Assembly (NCBI RefSeq): GCF_046119375.1
Contig: NW_027362769.1
Location: forward strand, 124,434,001-124,498,000
DNA from: Phyllobates terribilis
Taxonomy: Eukaryota
Length of the DNA stretch: 64,000 nt
Reading direction: 5' to 3'
Shown: positions 22,271 to 33,652 of the stretch, in pieces
Layout: each line of letters opens with the position of its first letter
Numbering within the stretch: position 1 is the stretch's first letter
Position numbers and translations under genes: made by a program
Notes under the pieces: generated by a model
Told to the model about the DNA's origin: nothing
Database searches by the model: none
Seen by the model: the letters and a program-made list of their open reading frames with translations, nothing else

Positions 22271-23119
22271 AATCAGAAAACAGGTTCCCATTAAGAAAGG
22301 GTCTGGCACCAGCATCGGTGTATTATAAGGGATAGAAATCTTACTGCTTTATGTAACAGATAAGAATCTCACAATTTGAAAGACATTTTGTGAGTCTACG
22401 TCAATGGCATTTTAGCATCATGGGTCATATTTACAACAATTGTACAGATTGGGGAGACGTTAGGTGCAATTGGTGCCCGACAAACCTTCCAAAGACACTT
22501 GACAGTAAGCCCTAGTGGAGGTGTAATCAGTCACACTCTTACAATTAGTGGATATGGAACTTAAAATCTTTATACAACTTTGCAGGATTCATTTTTATTG
22601 TTTATTTTCTTGCTAAATGCAATATAAAGCATTTTTTAAGACAGTTTTCATAATAAAACATTCTACTGTTTTGCTTCTGCAGACTGTTTGTAAATCTTTT
22701 ACCTGGCTGAGTGATCTACAAAAATGATACAAATCCGTCAGAGACTGCTCATTCCTGACGGCTGTCTCTGCTGTCGTCTTCCGTTCTCTCCCTGGTGGGG
22801 ATAGCAGCTTAGAATGGTTCGTACACATATCTCCACACATTTTGGGGAAGTGGCAAAGCATCTACCGTCTTAAGGAGGGCAGAGAAACAGGCTGTGGACA
22901 AAGAGGAAAACACTTGTATAAACAATAAGTTCAGGATAGAAGCTGTGCTGATATATTAGTGAAGGTCGCAGAAACCTAGATACACTGAGATCACATCCAA
23001 CATGTATTACTAGGAGAGTCATTAATACAAGAGAAAAATCTGAAACTACATGCCCCCATACACATTTCATGAAAATGAGCCAACAAACAATGATTCCTCA
23101 GATGTACATATCTATTGTG

Positions 23120-23374
23120 ACATGTAAAAGTTTGAGCACCCCTGGTCAAAATTACTGTTACTGTGAACAGTTAAGCAAGCTGAAGATGAAATGATCTCTA
23201 AAAGGCATAAAGTTAAAGATGACACATTTCCTTTGTATTTTAGGCAAAAAAAAAAAAATATATATATATATATATATATTTATTTATTTATTCATTCAAC
23301 TTTTACATTTAAAAATTACAAAAATGAAAATGGTCCAATGCAAAAGTTTGGGCACCCTGCGTGGTTAGTACCTA
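23120..23374 (+). mobile_element. Tc1-like left TIR fragment (IR/DR type)
   Basis: Two copies of the direct repeat AAAAGTTTG(A/G)GCACCC; interrupted at a TA by the next Tc1. Confidence 0.6.
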
Positions 23375-23855
23375 CAGTGGGGAGAATAAGTATTTGATTC
23401 ACTGCCTATTTTACAAGTTTTCCTACCTACAAAGAATGGAGAGGTCTGTAATTTTTATCATAGGTACTCTTCAAATGTGAGAGACAGAATCTAAAAATAA
23501 AAAACATAAAATCACATTGCATGATTTTTAAATAATTAAATTGAATTTTATTGCATGAGATAAGTATTTGATCACCTTCCAACCAGCAAGAATTCTCGCT
23601 CTCCCATACCTGTTAGTTTTTCTTTAAGAAGCCCTCCTACTCTGCACTCATTACCTGAATTAATTGCACCTGTTTGAACTTATTACCTGAATAAAAGACA
23701 CCTGTTCACACACTCAATCAATCACACTCCAACCTCTCCACCATGGCCAAGACCAAAGAGATGTCTAAGGACACCAGGGACAAAATTGTAGACCTGCACA
23801 AAGCTGGGATGGGCTACAGGGCAATAGGCAAGCAGCTTGGTGAGAAGGCAACAAC
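23375..23855 (+). mobile_element. Truncated Tc1 element (TIR plus transposase N-terminus)
   Basis: TA|CAGTGGGGAGAATAAGTATTTGA start; ATG 23743 [33 protein letters not shown] (paired-like HTH), then cut off. Confidence 0.8.
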
Positions 23856-25769
23856 CAGAGGCGGACACACTGCTGGTGCAGTCGGTGCAGCTGCACCAGG
23901 GCCCAGAGGCAAGGGGGGCCCATGGATGTAGGGGCATACTGCTCATGACAGAAGACCATGCAACCGCTATGGGGCCTCTCAGTCAAGGGGCCCGATTTTG
24001 ATTGACCCAATGTCACGCATAGTGTAGGAAAGACAAAGTGCAACACGAAGGGATGAGGGGAAGGGAGCCCAGACACTAAGGAAAGGGGAGATATCACCCT
24101 GTCTCCCCTACCATCCCTATATTGGTTCCTCACCAATCTCCGAACAGGAATCCTAAGTCCTGTCTTTCCCTAGAGCTTGGCCCTGGATAGGTAAGGGTGG
24201 GGATGAGCACTGGTCAGTCCCCACTAAACAACTAAAGACAAAAAGGAAAACAAACACAGGTGGAAGCAACTTAGCTTGAGCCGACTTCAGAGAGATTTAA
24301 GAAGTCGTCTGTAATGTCAAACAAAGTAACCTTCTGCAACTAGCTGCGGAACGACTGTCTGCTGCATCTGACACACCCGTGACACCCATCCACTCCCACC
24401 TGCCATACAGTGGTTTCAACATCCACTGTTAAAAAAAATGTCAATCTTTTAAGTACGAGTTTTACAGGATACCATTGTATGGAATAATGCAGCGTACTAC
24501 AATATTCCATACTTTAATTTGTAGAATTCGACCAGATACAAGATGGTATCGATACCAGACATATAATGTAATATAATATAATATATACTTGGTTGGGCTC
24601 TGCCAGTTCCATCATTAATCACGTAACCACGAGGATGCACTTTGCACACTTGCTGTCATGTGCCAACTAGAGAGTCAGCCACGTCCTACAGTGTTCTAGT
24701 CACTGACACTAGCTGTCACTTGACTGCAAGTATGATTGTGCTGGAACCAGCAGAACCGAATCCTAACGGAGATATACACTGCTCAAAAAAATAAAGGGAA
24801 CACTCAAATAACACATCCTAGATCTGAATGAATGAAATATTCTCATTGAATATTTTGTTATGTACAGAGTTGAATGTGCTGACAACAAAATCACACAAAA
24901 ATCATCAATGGAAATCAAATTCATTAACCAATGGAGGCCTGGATTTGAAGTAACCCCCAAAATTAAAGTGGAAAAACACACTACAGGCTGATCCAACTTT
25001 GATGTAATGTCCTTAAAACAATTGAGGCTCAGTACCGTGTGTGGCCACCACGTGCCTGTATGACCTCCCTACAACGCCTGGGCATGCTCCTGATGAGGTT
25101 GCGGATGGTCTCCTGTGGGATCTCCTCCCAGACCTGGACTAAAGCATCCGCCAACTCCTGGACAGTCTGTGGTGCAACATGACGTTGGTGGATGGAGCGA
25201 GACATGATGTCCCAGATGTGCTCAATCGGACTCAGGTCTGGGGAATGGGCGGGCCAGTGCATAGCTTCAATGCCTTCATCTTGCAGGAGCTGCTGACACA
25301 CTCCAGCCACATGAGGTCTGGCATTGTCCTGCATTAGGAGGAACCCAGGGCCAACCGCACCAGCATGTGGTCTCACAAGGGGTCTGAGGATCTCATCTTG
25401 GTACCTAATGGCAGTCAGGCTACCTCTGGCGAGCACATGGAGGGCTGTGCGGCCCTCCAAAGAAATGCCACCCAACACCATTACTGACCCACTGCCAAAT
25501 CGATCATACTGAAGAATGTTGCAGGCAGCAGATCGCTCTCCATGGCATCTCCAGACTCTGTCACGTCTGTCACATGTGCTCAGTGTGAACCTGCTTTCAT
25601 CTGTGAAGAGCACAGGGCGCTAGTGGCAACTTTGCCAATCCTGGTGTTCTGTGGCAAATGCCAAGCGTCCTGCACGGTGTTGGGCTGTGAGCACAACCCC
25701 CATCTGTGGACGTCGGGCCCTCATACCAACCTCATGGAGTTGGTTTCTAACCGTTTGTGCAGACACATG

Positions 25770-26767
25770 TGTGGCACCCCAGGGGTCTGGTTTCCACAGT
25801 AACGGCAATGTTATGTCTGAGAGCAGGTGGGAGGTCTCTTGGTCAGGGATCCTATGCATGCCACACCTCCTGCCCAGTCCTGGGAGGGGAAGAACTTCCC
25901 CTATATAAACCTGGGGCTGAGGCAGGGTTAGTGAGAAGAGTAGAGAGAAGAAGAGAAGCAGTAATAGGAAAGGAAGACCAGGAGCTCTGTGGGAATCGTG
26001 CTAAGAAGAGGTCAGGGGCTGGTAGCTGTAGAGCTCGCCCTGATCGAAGCTTTCTCACCGGACCCGGAGTCCGAGGCTGTGGGGACTAACTTTGCCCCAG
26101 CAGCAGAATCCGTCAGGCAGGGGATTTCCGGTCCTCTGGCCAAGAAACCCGAAGGCACGGTCACACGCATGGGACCATCACCGCCGTCTTGGAGCGGAAG
26201 CAAATAGAAGGCCCCGAGTCACCGGCCATACGGGTGAGCACCACACGGTACACTCAGGGACGTGAGCTACTTTTACCCGCCTCTAGCAAGGTAGCCAGAA
26301 GAGTACAGTTAGTTGGGAAGGCCTACAGCTCCGCCTGGCCAGGGGAAATCCCATCTGCTCAAGGACTGACCAGGCCCCATTCGCTAGCCAGTACTCCGGG
26401 AGGGTCTGTCTTTGTCACCAGTAAAGACCCTGAACTACACCGTACCGTCTCCGAGTGGTTCCTGCTACCCCCATCATCCACGTCGGCTGCCCTGAGGCCA
26501 TACCCCTCCCGTTGGGGGTTATACCATCTCCGCTGCACAACTGTGTCACCGGCCTCAGCGGTCTACCCTGCAGCGGCGGCTCCATAGCTGCATTCAACGG
26601 GTGGCGTAGTCGTCCAATATCTACTGCTACGTACACCGCCACTCAGTCTGACTCCCTGGGCACGGACCGGGTCACCGCCACAAGGACTACCACCCCTAAT
26701 AGATCCGGCTCCGGGTAACCCCTGCGTGCGCAACGCTACATCAGAAAGCAGGCCCAGGGGCGCGTCA
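25770..26767 (+). repeat. 5' LTR
   Basis: TGTGGC...GCGTCA; TATATAAA near 25902; AGTAAA near 26420. Confidence 0.96.
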
Positions 26768-26772
26768 ACTTT

Positions 26773-26791
26773 TGCCGTAGTCGGCAGGATT
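26773..26791 (+). promoter_or_regulatory. Primer-binding site for tRNA-Ser (one mismatch)
   Basis: TGCCGTAGTCGGCAGGATT versus TGGCGTAGTCGGCAGGATT, the complement of the recalled vertebrate tRNA-Ser 3' end AAUCCUGCCGACUACGCCA; lies 5 nt after the LTR. Confidence 0.85.
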
Positions 26792-27202
26792 TCGTGCCCG
26801 CAACCACCGGGTACTGCGTGCCTGAAAAAGACTGTTCAAACTTACCAGTGGTGAAGATTCCCGCCATCCGGCGCCATCTTCTACCTTCTTCCCGCCATCC
26901 GCGAAGTTTTCCCGCCATCCGGCGCCATCTTCTGCCTTCTTCCCGCCATCCGTGGAGTTTTCCTGCCGTTGGACGCCATCTTGAGGACGCCGCGCGGGAA
27001 GAAGAGGGGCGTGGACTCCGAAAGCGCGCGAGAACTGAAGCCCCGCCTCACGTCCGGACGTTGCGTAAGGTCCTGGAAGGAGCCCAGCCGACGTCACAGG
27101 AGCGCGACGGAAGGTCCTCAACCCTGACGATCCACTGCGGAGCCGCGGCCTACGGAAGAGGATCATCGCAAGGTAGGCCACGGTCCACTAGGGGGGAGAA
27201 GG

Positions 27203-28183
27203 ATGTCGGATACGGAGGAGAGCTTCACCGCTCCAACCCCCGCCAGCGCCACCGCTGTTGCGGTCATGCCTTTCACCATGCCCTATATCCCGGGGGCAGC
27301 CTGGCTACCCCAGTACTCAGGGGAGTCACATACCCTGCATGACTTTAGAGAAAAGCTGGATAGCCTCTTCCAGGTGTACCCCCTCACAGAAGAGCAAAAA
27401 GTGAGCATTCTGGTGGCCCAATTAACCGGGGCAGCCCAAAGGGAGGTAAAGTCCTGGCCACCTGGGGGGAGGACTGTCGCAGGGATACTAACCCGGCTGA
27501 GGGACACCTTTGATACCCGCACCTCAGCCGAGATCAAGCTTAGATTCTACGGGTGCAAGCAGCGAGCACAAGAGAGTATAAGGGACTATGCTCTGAACCT
27601 ACAAGAGGCCCTGAGAGCCATTAAGCAGACCGACCCTGATGGCGTGGGAGACGAGGACAGGCTGTTGACTGAACAATTTATAGAGGGTTTATATTGCAAT
27701 GCCCACCGAACTCAGTTGCGGGCAATGGCCTTACAGGACCCTCATCTGGGATTTGCACAGTTCAAGGACAGAGCCATCCGGGTGCTCCGAGAACCAGCAC
27801 CAGGTGGCGTTGTGACCCACAGACGCCCCACTACCACTTATCACCAGGAGGCGGCGCCCTTGTCGGCAGGGCCTGTGGGAACTGATGCGCAGGCTTTGAG
27901 CAATGACCCGGCTCCAGACCTGCACCATCAGGTCCAAGAGCTAGCTAAAAGCGTTGCTGCGCTAACCAGAACTGTGCAGTCTTTACAGGTTTCCACTTCG
28001 GGGAAGATCCAGCTGGCATCCGGACCGGAGGACATCCCGTGGCGTCGACCAAGGAGGACCCCACCGGCCAGAGGAAGACCCAGCGACCGATACAACGAGG
28101 ACGGACAACCCATCTGCCGCCGCTGCAATCAACCCGGACATATGGCAAGGTACTGTCCTTTAAACTGGCCCAACCTAGGGTAG
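27203..28183 (+). CDS. Gag, 326 aa
   Basis: Open ATG-to-TAG frame; C-terminal CCHC knuckle CRRCNQPGHMARYC. Confidence 0.93.
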   Translation: MSDTEESFTAPTPASATAVAVMPFTMPYIPGAAWLPQYSGESHTLHDFREKLDSLFQVYPLTEEQKVSILVAQLTGAAQREVKSWPPGGRTVAGILTRLRDTFDTRTSAEIKLRFYGCKQRAQESIRDYALNLQEALRAIKQTDPDGVGDEDRLLTEQFIEGLYCNAHRTQLRAMALQDPHLGFAQFKDRAIRVLREPAPGGVVTHRRPTTTYHQEAAPLSAGPVGTDAQALSNDPAPDLHHQVQELAKSVAALTRTVQSLQVSTSGKIQLASGPEDIPWRRPRRTPPARGRPSDRYNEDGQPICRRCNQPGHMARYCPLNWPNLG

Positions 28184-28199
28184 AGGGCCAACCCCTAGG
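28159..28199 (+). promoter_or_regulatory. Putative -1 ribosomal frameshift signal (gag-pol)
   Basis: T TTA AAC in gag frame at 28159-28165; 8-nt spacer; stem CCTAGGG (28174-28180)/CCCTAGG (28193-28199); pol is in the -1 frame. Confidence 0.75.
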
Positions 28200-31100
28200 A
28201 AAAAGATCATCAGGCCCATCGAACTGGCGTGACAAATACGTGGGAGGACGTCCAGTCTTGCCTGTGGTACTGGATGGCATTCCTATGAGTGCCCTACTGG
28301 ACACCGGGTCACAGGTCACCACCATCCCGTACGTGCTCTTCAAGCAGTACTGGAATGACTCGGATATAACCCGCTACCCTGTCGACGACTTGAGTATCAT
28401 CGCCAGCAATGGTCAGCCCGTGCCACAGATCGGATTTAAAGAGGTGACCATTAAAATCGGTAGAGTCGAACTGGCAGCACAGGGACTGATCATTGTAGAC
28501 ATTGACAAACACGAGAGTCACCCAAAGATAACTCTAGGAACTAATGTGATTGAAAATTGTCTTGCAGAAGTGATTTTCATTTTACAGCAGGTTGCCAAGA
28601 ACGCCAGCTCCGGCGAGCAGCGAGTGCTCCAGAAAGAGATCCGGGCACTGATGCGACAGCAACAGGTGGAACTCTCCGGTGGTGAGATTGGTAGCGTGAG
28701 AATGTGTGACCCTTTCCCTATTGCCATGCCCCCAAAAAGTGAAATGATGATTTGGTGCCGGGCAGCTATTGGTCTGAGAGGTAGAGATTACCAGGCAATG
28801 GTAGAACCAGTTTACTCAGACAGTAGGCCCACCATTTTGACAGCACGGGGGGTGGTCAATGTACGCCATGGGAGGGTGCCCGTTCGCGTAGTGAATATCG
28901 GGAAGAGGGAAGTGTACCTGCCCAGGTATGCCACGCTGGCCAAATTGTATACCATCAATCGAAATTCCATACAGTCCATAGAACCCTTGCCTCCATCTTC
29001 TCCGGAGGAAGGTAACGGCTCTGAGAAAACAATGGAGGACTGGTGTCAGCAACTACATTTGGGTACTGACTCCACTCCCTCACACCAGAAACAGGGAGTC
29101 TATCGGGTGGTTCAAGAGTATGAGAGAGTGTTTAGTAAACACCCGTTAGACTTCGGGCGAGTCAAGGGGGTAGAACACCACATCCCCACGGGAGATCATC
29201 CTCCCATAAAGGAGAGATACCGACCCGTACCCCCTGCACATTACCAACACGCCAAGGGGATGCTCAGAGACATGAAGGAGGCTGGGGTAATCAGGGATAG
29301 CTGTAGCCCCTGGGCAGCTCCACTAGTCTTGGTTAAAAAAAAAGACAACACCATGAGAATGTGTGTAGATTACCGGAAAATCAACCATATCACACACAAA
29401 GATGCGTACCCTTTACCAAGGATAGAGGAGTCTTTGGCTGCTTTAAGATCTGCTAATTTCTTCTCCACTTTGGATCTTACTAGCGGGTACTGGCAGGTTC
29501 CTGTAGCAGAGGCGGACCGGGAGAAGACCGCATTCACCACCCCGATGGGACTTAGCGAGTTTACCTGCATGCCGTTCGGACTCTGCAACGCACCAGGAAC
29601 CTTCCAACGGTTGATGGAATGCTGTCTGGGACACCGAAACTTCGAGACGTTCCTGCTATACCTGGACGATGTCATCGTCTATTCCAAAACCTACGAGGAT
29701 CACCTGAAACACCTGGCGGAAGTGTTCGAAGCTCTGGCAAACTACGGCCTAAAGGTGAAACCCTCCAAGTGTCACCTCCTGAAACCAAAGGTGCAGTACC
29801 TGGGACACGTGGTGAGCGCTGACGGAGTGGCTCCCGACCCTGATAAGATCACCGCAATTAAGGAATGCCAAGTCCCTCCAGTGTAAAGGAAGTGCGGCAG
29901 TTCCTAGGGTTGGTAGGCTACTACCGCAGATTCATTCCCGGTTTCACCAAAAAGGCAGCTCCTATGCAGGACCTCCTGATAGGCCAGTCCCGGAAGGCCA
30001 AGAACCAGAAGCCGCCCTTCAGATGGGAGAAGTTAGAAGAAGAGTCCTTTCGCCAGCTGAAGATGGCCCTCACGGGGGATGAAATCCTGGCATACCCTGA
30101 TTACAGCCAGCCCTTTATCCTCTACACCGACGCCAGTAACATTGGGCTAGGAGCCGTACTGTCCCAGACCCAGCAGGGGAAAGAATGGGTAATTGCTTAC
30201 GCCAGCCGAAAACTGAGACCCACCGAAAGAAACCCTGAGAATTACAGCTCATTCAAGCTGGAGTTCCTGGCAGTGGTGTGGGCAGTCACCGAACGCTTTA
30301 AGCACTACCTCGCCTCTTCCCGGTTCACCGTGTACACGGATAACAACCCGTTGACGCATCTGGACACGGCAAGGCTCGGTGCCCTGGAGCAGAGATGGAT
30401 GGCCCGCCTGTCCAACTATGAGTTCACAATCAAATACCGGGCAGGACGCTCCAATACCAACGCGGACGCCCTGTCTAGGATGCCAAACCTACCAGACGAG
30501 GGTGAGGATTCAGAAGATTTGGAAGAGGTCGAACTCCCTGCGTTCCACCGTCATGGGACTGTCCAGTATTCCCACCGTGTAAGGGGTAAGCAAGCCGCTA
30601 CGTTCAACCCCTTACCTCACTACAACTGGGCGGAAACGCAAGACAGTGACCCTGCCGTCCGGCTGGTGAAGGAGATGCTGACTCAGCCAGAAGCTCGCCT
30701 TGACCCGGACGCTCCGGAGGAGACCAAGCAACTGTGGGCTGAGAAGAGTCGACTGTTCATTTACAAGGGGAAGTTGTGCCGCAGAATGGTTAACTCCCGG
30801 ACGCATGAACTGGTCTGGCAAGTAGTGGTGCCAAGAAGGGACGCAGCTATGGTGATGGAGGCATACCACGACGGGGCTGGGCACTTCGGATGGAAGAAGC
30901 TGGAGTTCCTGCTGCGCGGGCGGTTCCATTGGGTAGGCATGAGAGGAACCATCGAGAGGTGGAGCAGAGACTGTGGCCCATGCAACCTAAGAAGGAAGGA
31001 CCGTGCCAGCCAGAAGACCCCCCTTCAGTCCATCGTCACCCGGCAGCCGTTGGAACTGGTGGCCTTGGATCATGTAAAACTGACCCCAAGCAGAAGTGGC

Positions 31101-32294
31101 TACGTCTACGCATTAACCATCGTGGACCACTACTCCCGGTTCTTGGTTGTCGTCCCCGTCAAGGACTTAACGGCTCAAACAGCAGCTAGAGCCTTCCAGC
31201 AGCACTTCTGCCGTCCACACGGCTACCCAGAGCAGGTGCTGACGGACCAGGGACCTGCCTTTGAAGCGGAGGTCTTCCAAGAGTTCTGTACTCTGTATGG
31301 CTGCCGGAAGATCAGGATGACACCCTATCATCCGCAAACTAATGGACTTTGTGAGAAAATGAACCAGGTAGTGATAGATCTTCTAAAAACATTGCCCCTG
31401 GAAGAACGCAGTCTGTGGCCTGAGAAGCTGCCCGACCTGGTGGACCTATACAACTACATCCCTGTAGGTTCCACCAACTGTACCCCGGCTTACCTAATGA
31501 GGGCAAGGCCTGGTAAGCTACCTGTTGACCTGGAGATGGGAGTCCTGACACCCGAGGACACTTCACCGGAAGCAGACTGGGACACAGAGAGGCAGCAGCA
31601 GTACCGGAAAGTACAGGAGAGCGTGGAGCGAAGTCTCTGTCTGGCTAGGGAAAGACAAGAGAAAACTTACAACCAGTATGCTCCCGCTGTTCCCCTGGTA
31701 CCCGGAGAGCAGGTCTTGAAGAGGAAGAGACGGCTCCACAAGTTGGACGACCAGTGGGAGAAGGACCCGTACACCGTACTGCCCTCAAGCCACGACAACC
31801 CAAAGGTTTGTACCATCAGTAAAGACGGAGGGGAAACCACAGCCATTGTATCCCGGGATCACCTGAAGAAGTGTCCCGAACAGCTACGGAACCCAGAAGG
31901 GGAACAAAAAGACCCTCGACCCGTAGAGGAAAGGGAAGATATGGTTAGTACTGTGCTCGGAGACTTCCCTCGGTCCTGGACTCAAGTCAATGGTGCAGTT
32001 GTGGTACCCGTCCTCACGTTCCTCCAACCAGCATCCCAAGTGCCTACGGAGCAACAGGTAGAGCTGGGAGAGCAGCCGGTCCAGGAGGCAAGGGACTCCA
32101 CCCAAGCAGAACAGGAGGATCAACCCTCTGCTTATAGTGAGCCTGCCGTACCCCTAGTGAGCCAAAGAGCCCATAGACAGCTGCCCAGTTTACCCTTGAC
32201 AGCTCCTACACCCTGTAGTTCAGGGCCAGACAGTCAGCTCCGTAGGTCCACTAGGGCCACTAGAGGCCAGTTACCCGCACGTTGGAGGATTTGA
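28159..32294 (+). pseudogene. Pol (protease, RT, RNase H, integrase) with one frameshift at ~29867
   Basis: Protease LLDTGSQVT; RT YLDD. Copy 1 has GAATGGCCAAG where this copy has GAATGCCAAG (1-nt deletion), splitting Pol into ORFs 28039-29886 and 29865-32294. Confidence 0.9.
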
Positions 32295-32654
32295 AGTGTT
32301 TAAATTGTTTTATTTGTGGTCACCTGTCTGTTACTTGTAAATAATTATGTGTTTCTAGTTATTTTTAGGAGTCCTTGGTGGATTTACCGGGAATCCTTGT
32401 ACAATTGGTTGGAGCGTAACCTAGGAATGGACTAAAGACTGTTAAGGACTCGGGGCAGGACAGACCCCTACCTGGTTACGTCTCCCTGTTTGGTGAAATG
32501 GACACCTTGCTTTTCTTCCAAAACTGCACCCGGTTGCGGATACGCCGTAACCATCTTTATGTGTTTTTCTTATTGTATTATTATTGTTTATACCTTGTTA
32601 TGTTTTTCTAAAAATATGTTTAGTCCCGGAGTACTAAATTTCACTAGGGGGGAA

Positions 32655-33652
32655 TGTGGCACCCCAGGGGTCTGGTTTCCACAGTAACGGCAATGTTATG
32701 TCTGAGAGCAGGTGGGAGGTCTCTTGGTCAGGGATCCTATGCATGCCACACCTCCTGCCCAGTCCTGGGAGGGGAAGAACTTCCCCTATATAAACCTGGG
32801 GCTGAGGCAGGGTTAGTGAGAAGAGTAGAGAGAAGAAGAGAAGCAGTAATAGGAAAGGAAGACCAGGAGCTCTGTGGGAATCGTGCTAAGAAGAGGTCAG
32901 GGGCTGGTAGCTGTAGAGCTCGCCCTGATCGAAGCTTTGTCACCGGACCCGGAGTCCGAGGCTGTGGGGACTAACTTTGCTCCAGCAGCAGAATCCGTCA
33001 GGCAGGGGATTTCCGGTCCTCTGGCCAAGAAACCCGAAGGCACGGTCACACGCGTGGGACCAGCACCGCCGTCTTGGAGCGGAAGCAAATAGAAGGCCCC
33101 AAGTCACCAGCCATACGGGTGAGCACCACACGGTACACTCAGGGACGTGGGCTACTTTTACCCGCCTCTAGCAAGGTAGCCAGAAGAGTACAGTTAGTTG
33201 GGAAGGCCTACAGCTCCGCCTGGCCAGGGGAAATCCCATCTGCTCAAGGACTGACCAGGCCCCATTCGCTAGCCAGTACTCCGGGAGGGTCTGTCTTTGT
33301 CACCAGTAAAGACCCTGAACTACACCGTACCGTCTCAGAGTGGTTCCTGCTACCCCCATCATCCACGTCGGCTGCCCTGAGGCCATACCCCTCCCGTTGG
33401 GGGTTATACCATCTCCGCTGCAGAACTGTGTCACCGGCCTCAGCGGTCTACCCTGCAGCGGCGGCTCCATAGCTGCATTCAACAGGTGGCGTAGTCGTCC
33501 AATATCTACTGCTACGTACACCGCCACTCAGTCTGACTCCCTGGGCACGGACCGGGTCACCGCCACAAGGACTACCACCCCTAATAGATCCGGCTCCGGG
33601 TAACCCCTGCGTGCGCAACGCTACATCAGAAAGCAGGCCCAGGGGCGCGTCA
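32655..33652 (+). repeat. 3' LTR
   Basis: Preceded by PPT CACTAGGGGGGAA 32642-32654; near-identical to the 5' LTR. Confidence 0.96.

Larger units (their letters stand above)
25770..33652 (+). mobile_element. Full-length Gypsy A copy 2 (7883 bp) with CATG target-site duplication
   Basis: Two 998-bp LTRs (25770-26767, 32655-33652) with about 10 mismatches by eye; CATG at 25766-25769 and 33653-33656; PBS, gag, pol and PPT all present. Confidence 0.97.

Noticed and set aside
22700-22800. Possible further upstream MAST-like exon ending RSLSQ|GTAAAAG
   Set aside because: Similarity is weak, and its phase leads to a stop in the next exon.
25770-26053. No mismatches in the first 284 bp of the LTR pair, suggesting gene conversion
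   Set aside because: With about 10 differences per kb this gap is within chance expectation.
26773-26791. Possible tRNA gene
   Set aside because: Only an 18-19 nt complement of a tRNA 3' end (PBS); no cloverleaf or A/B boxes.
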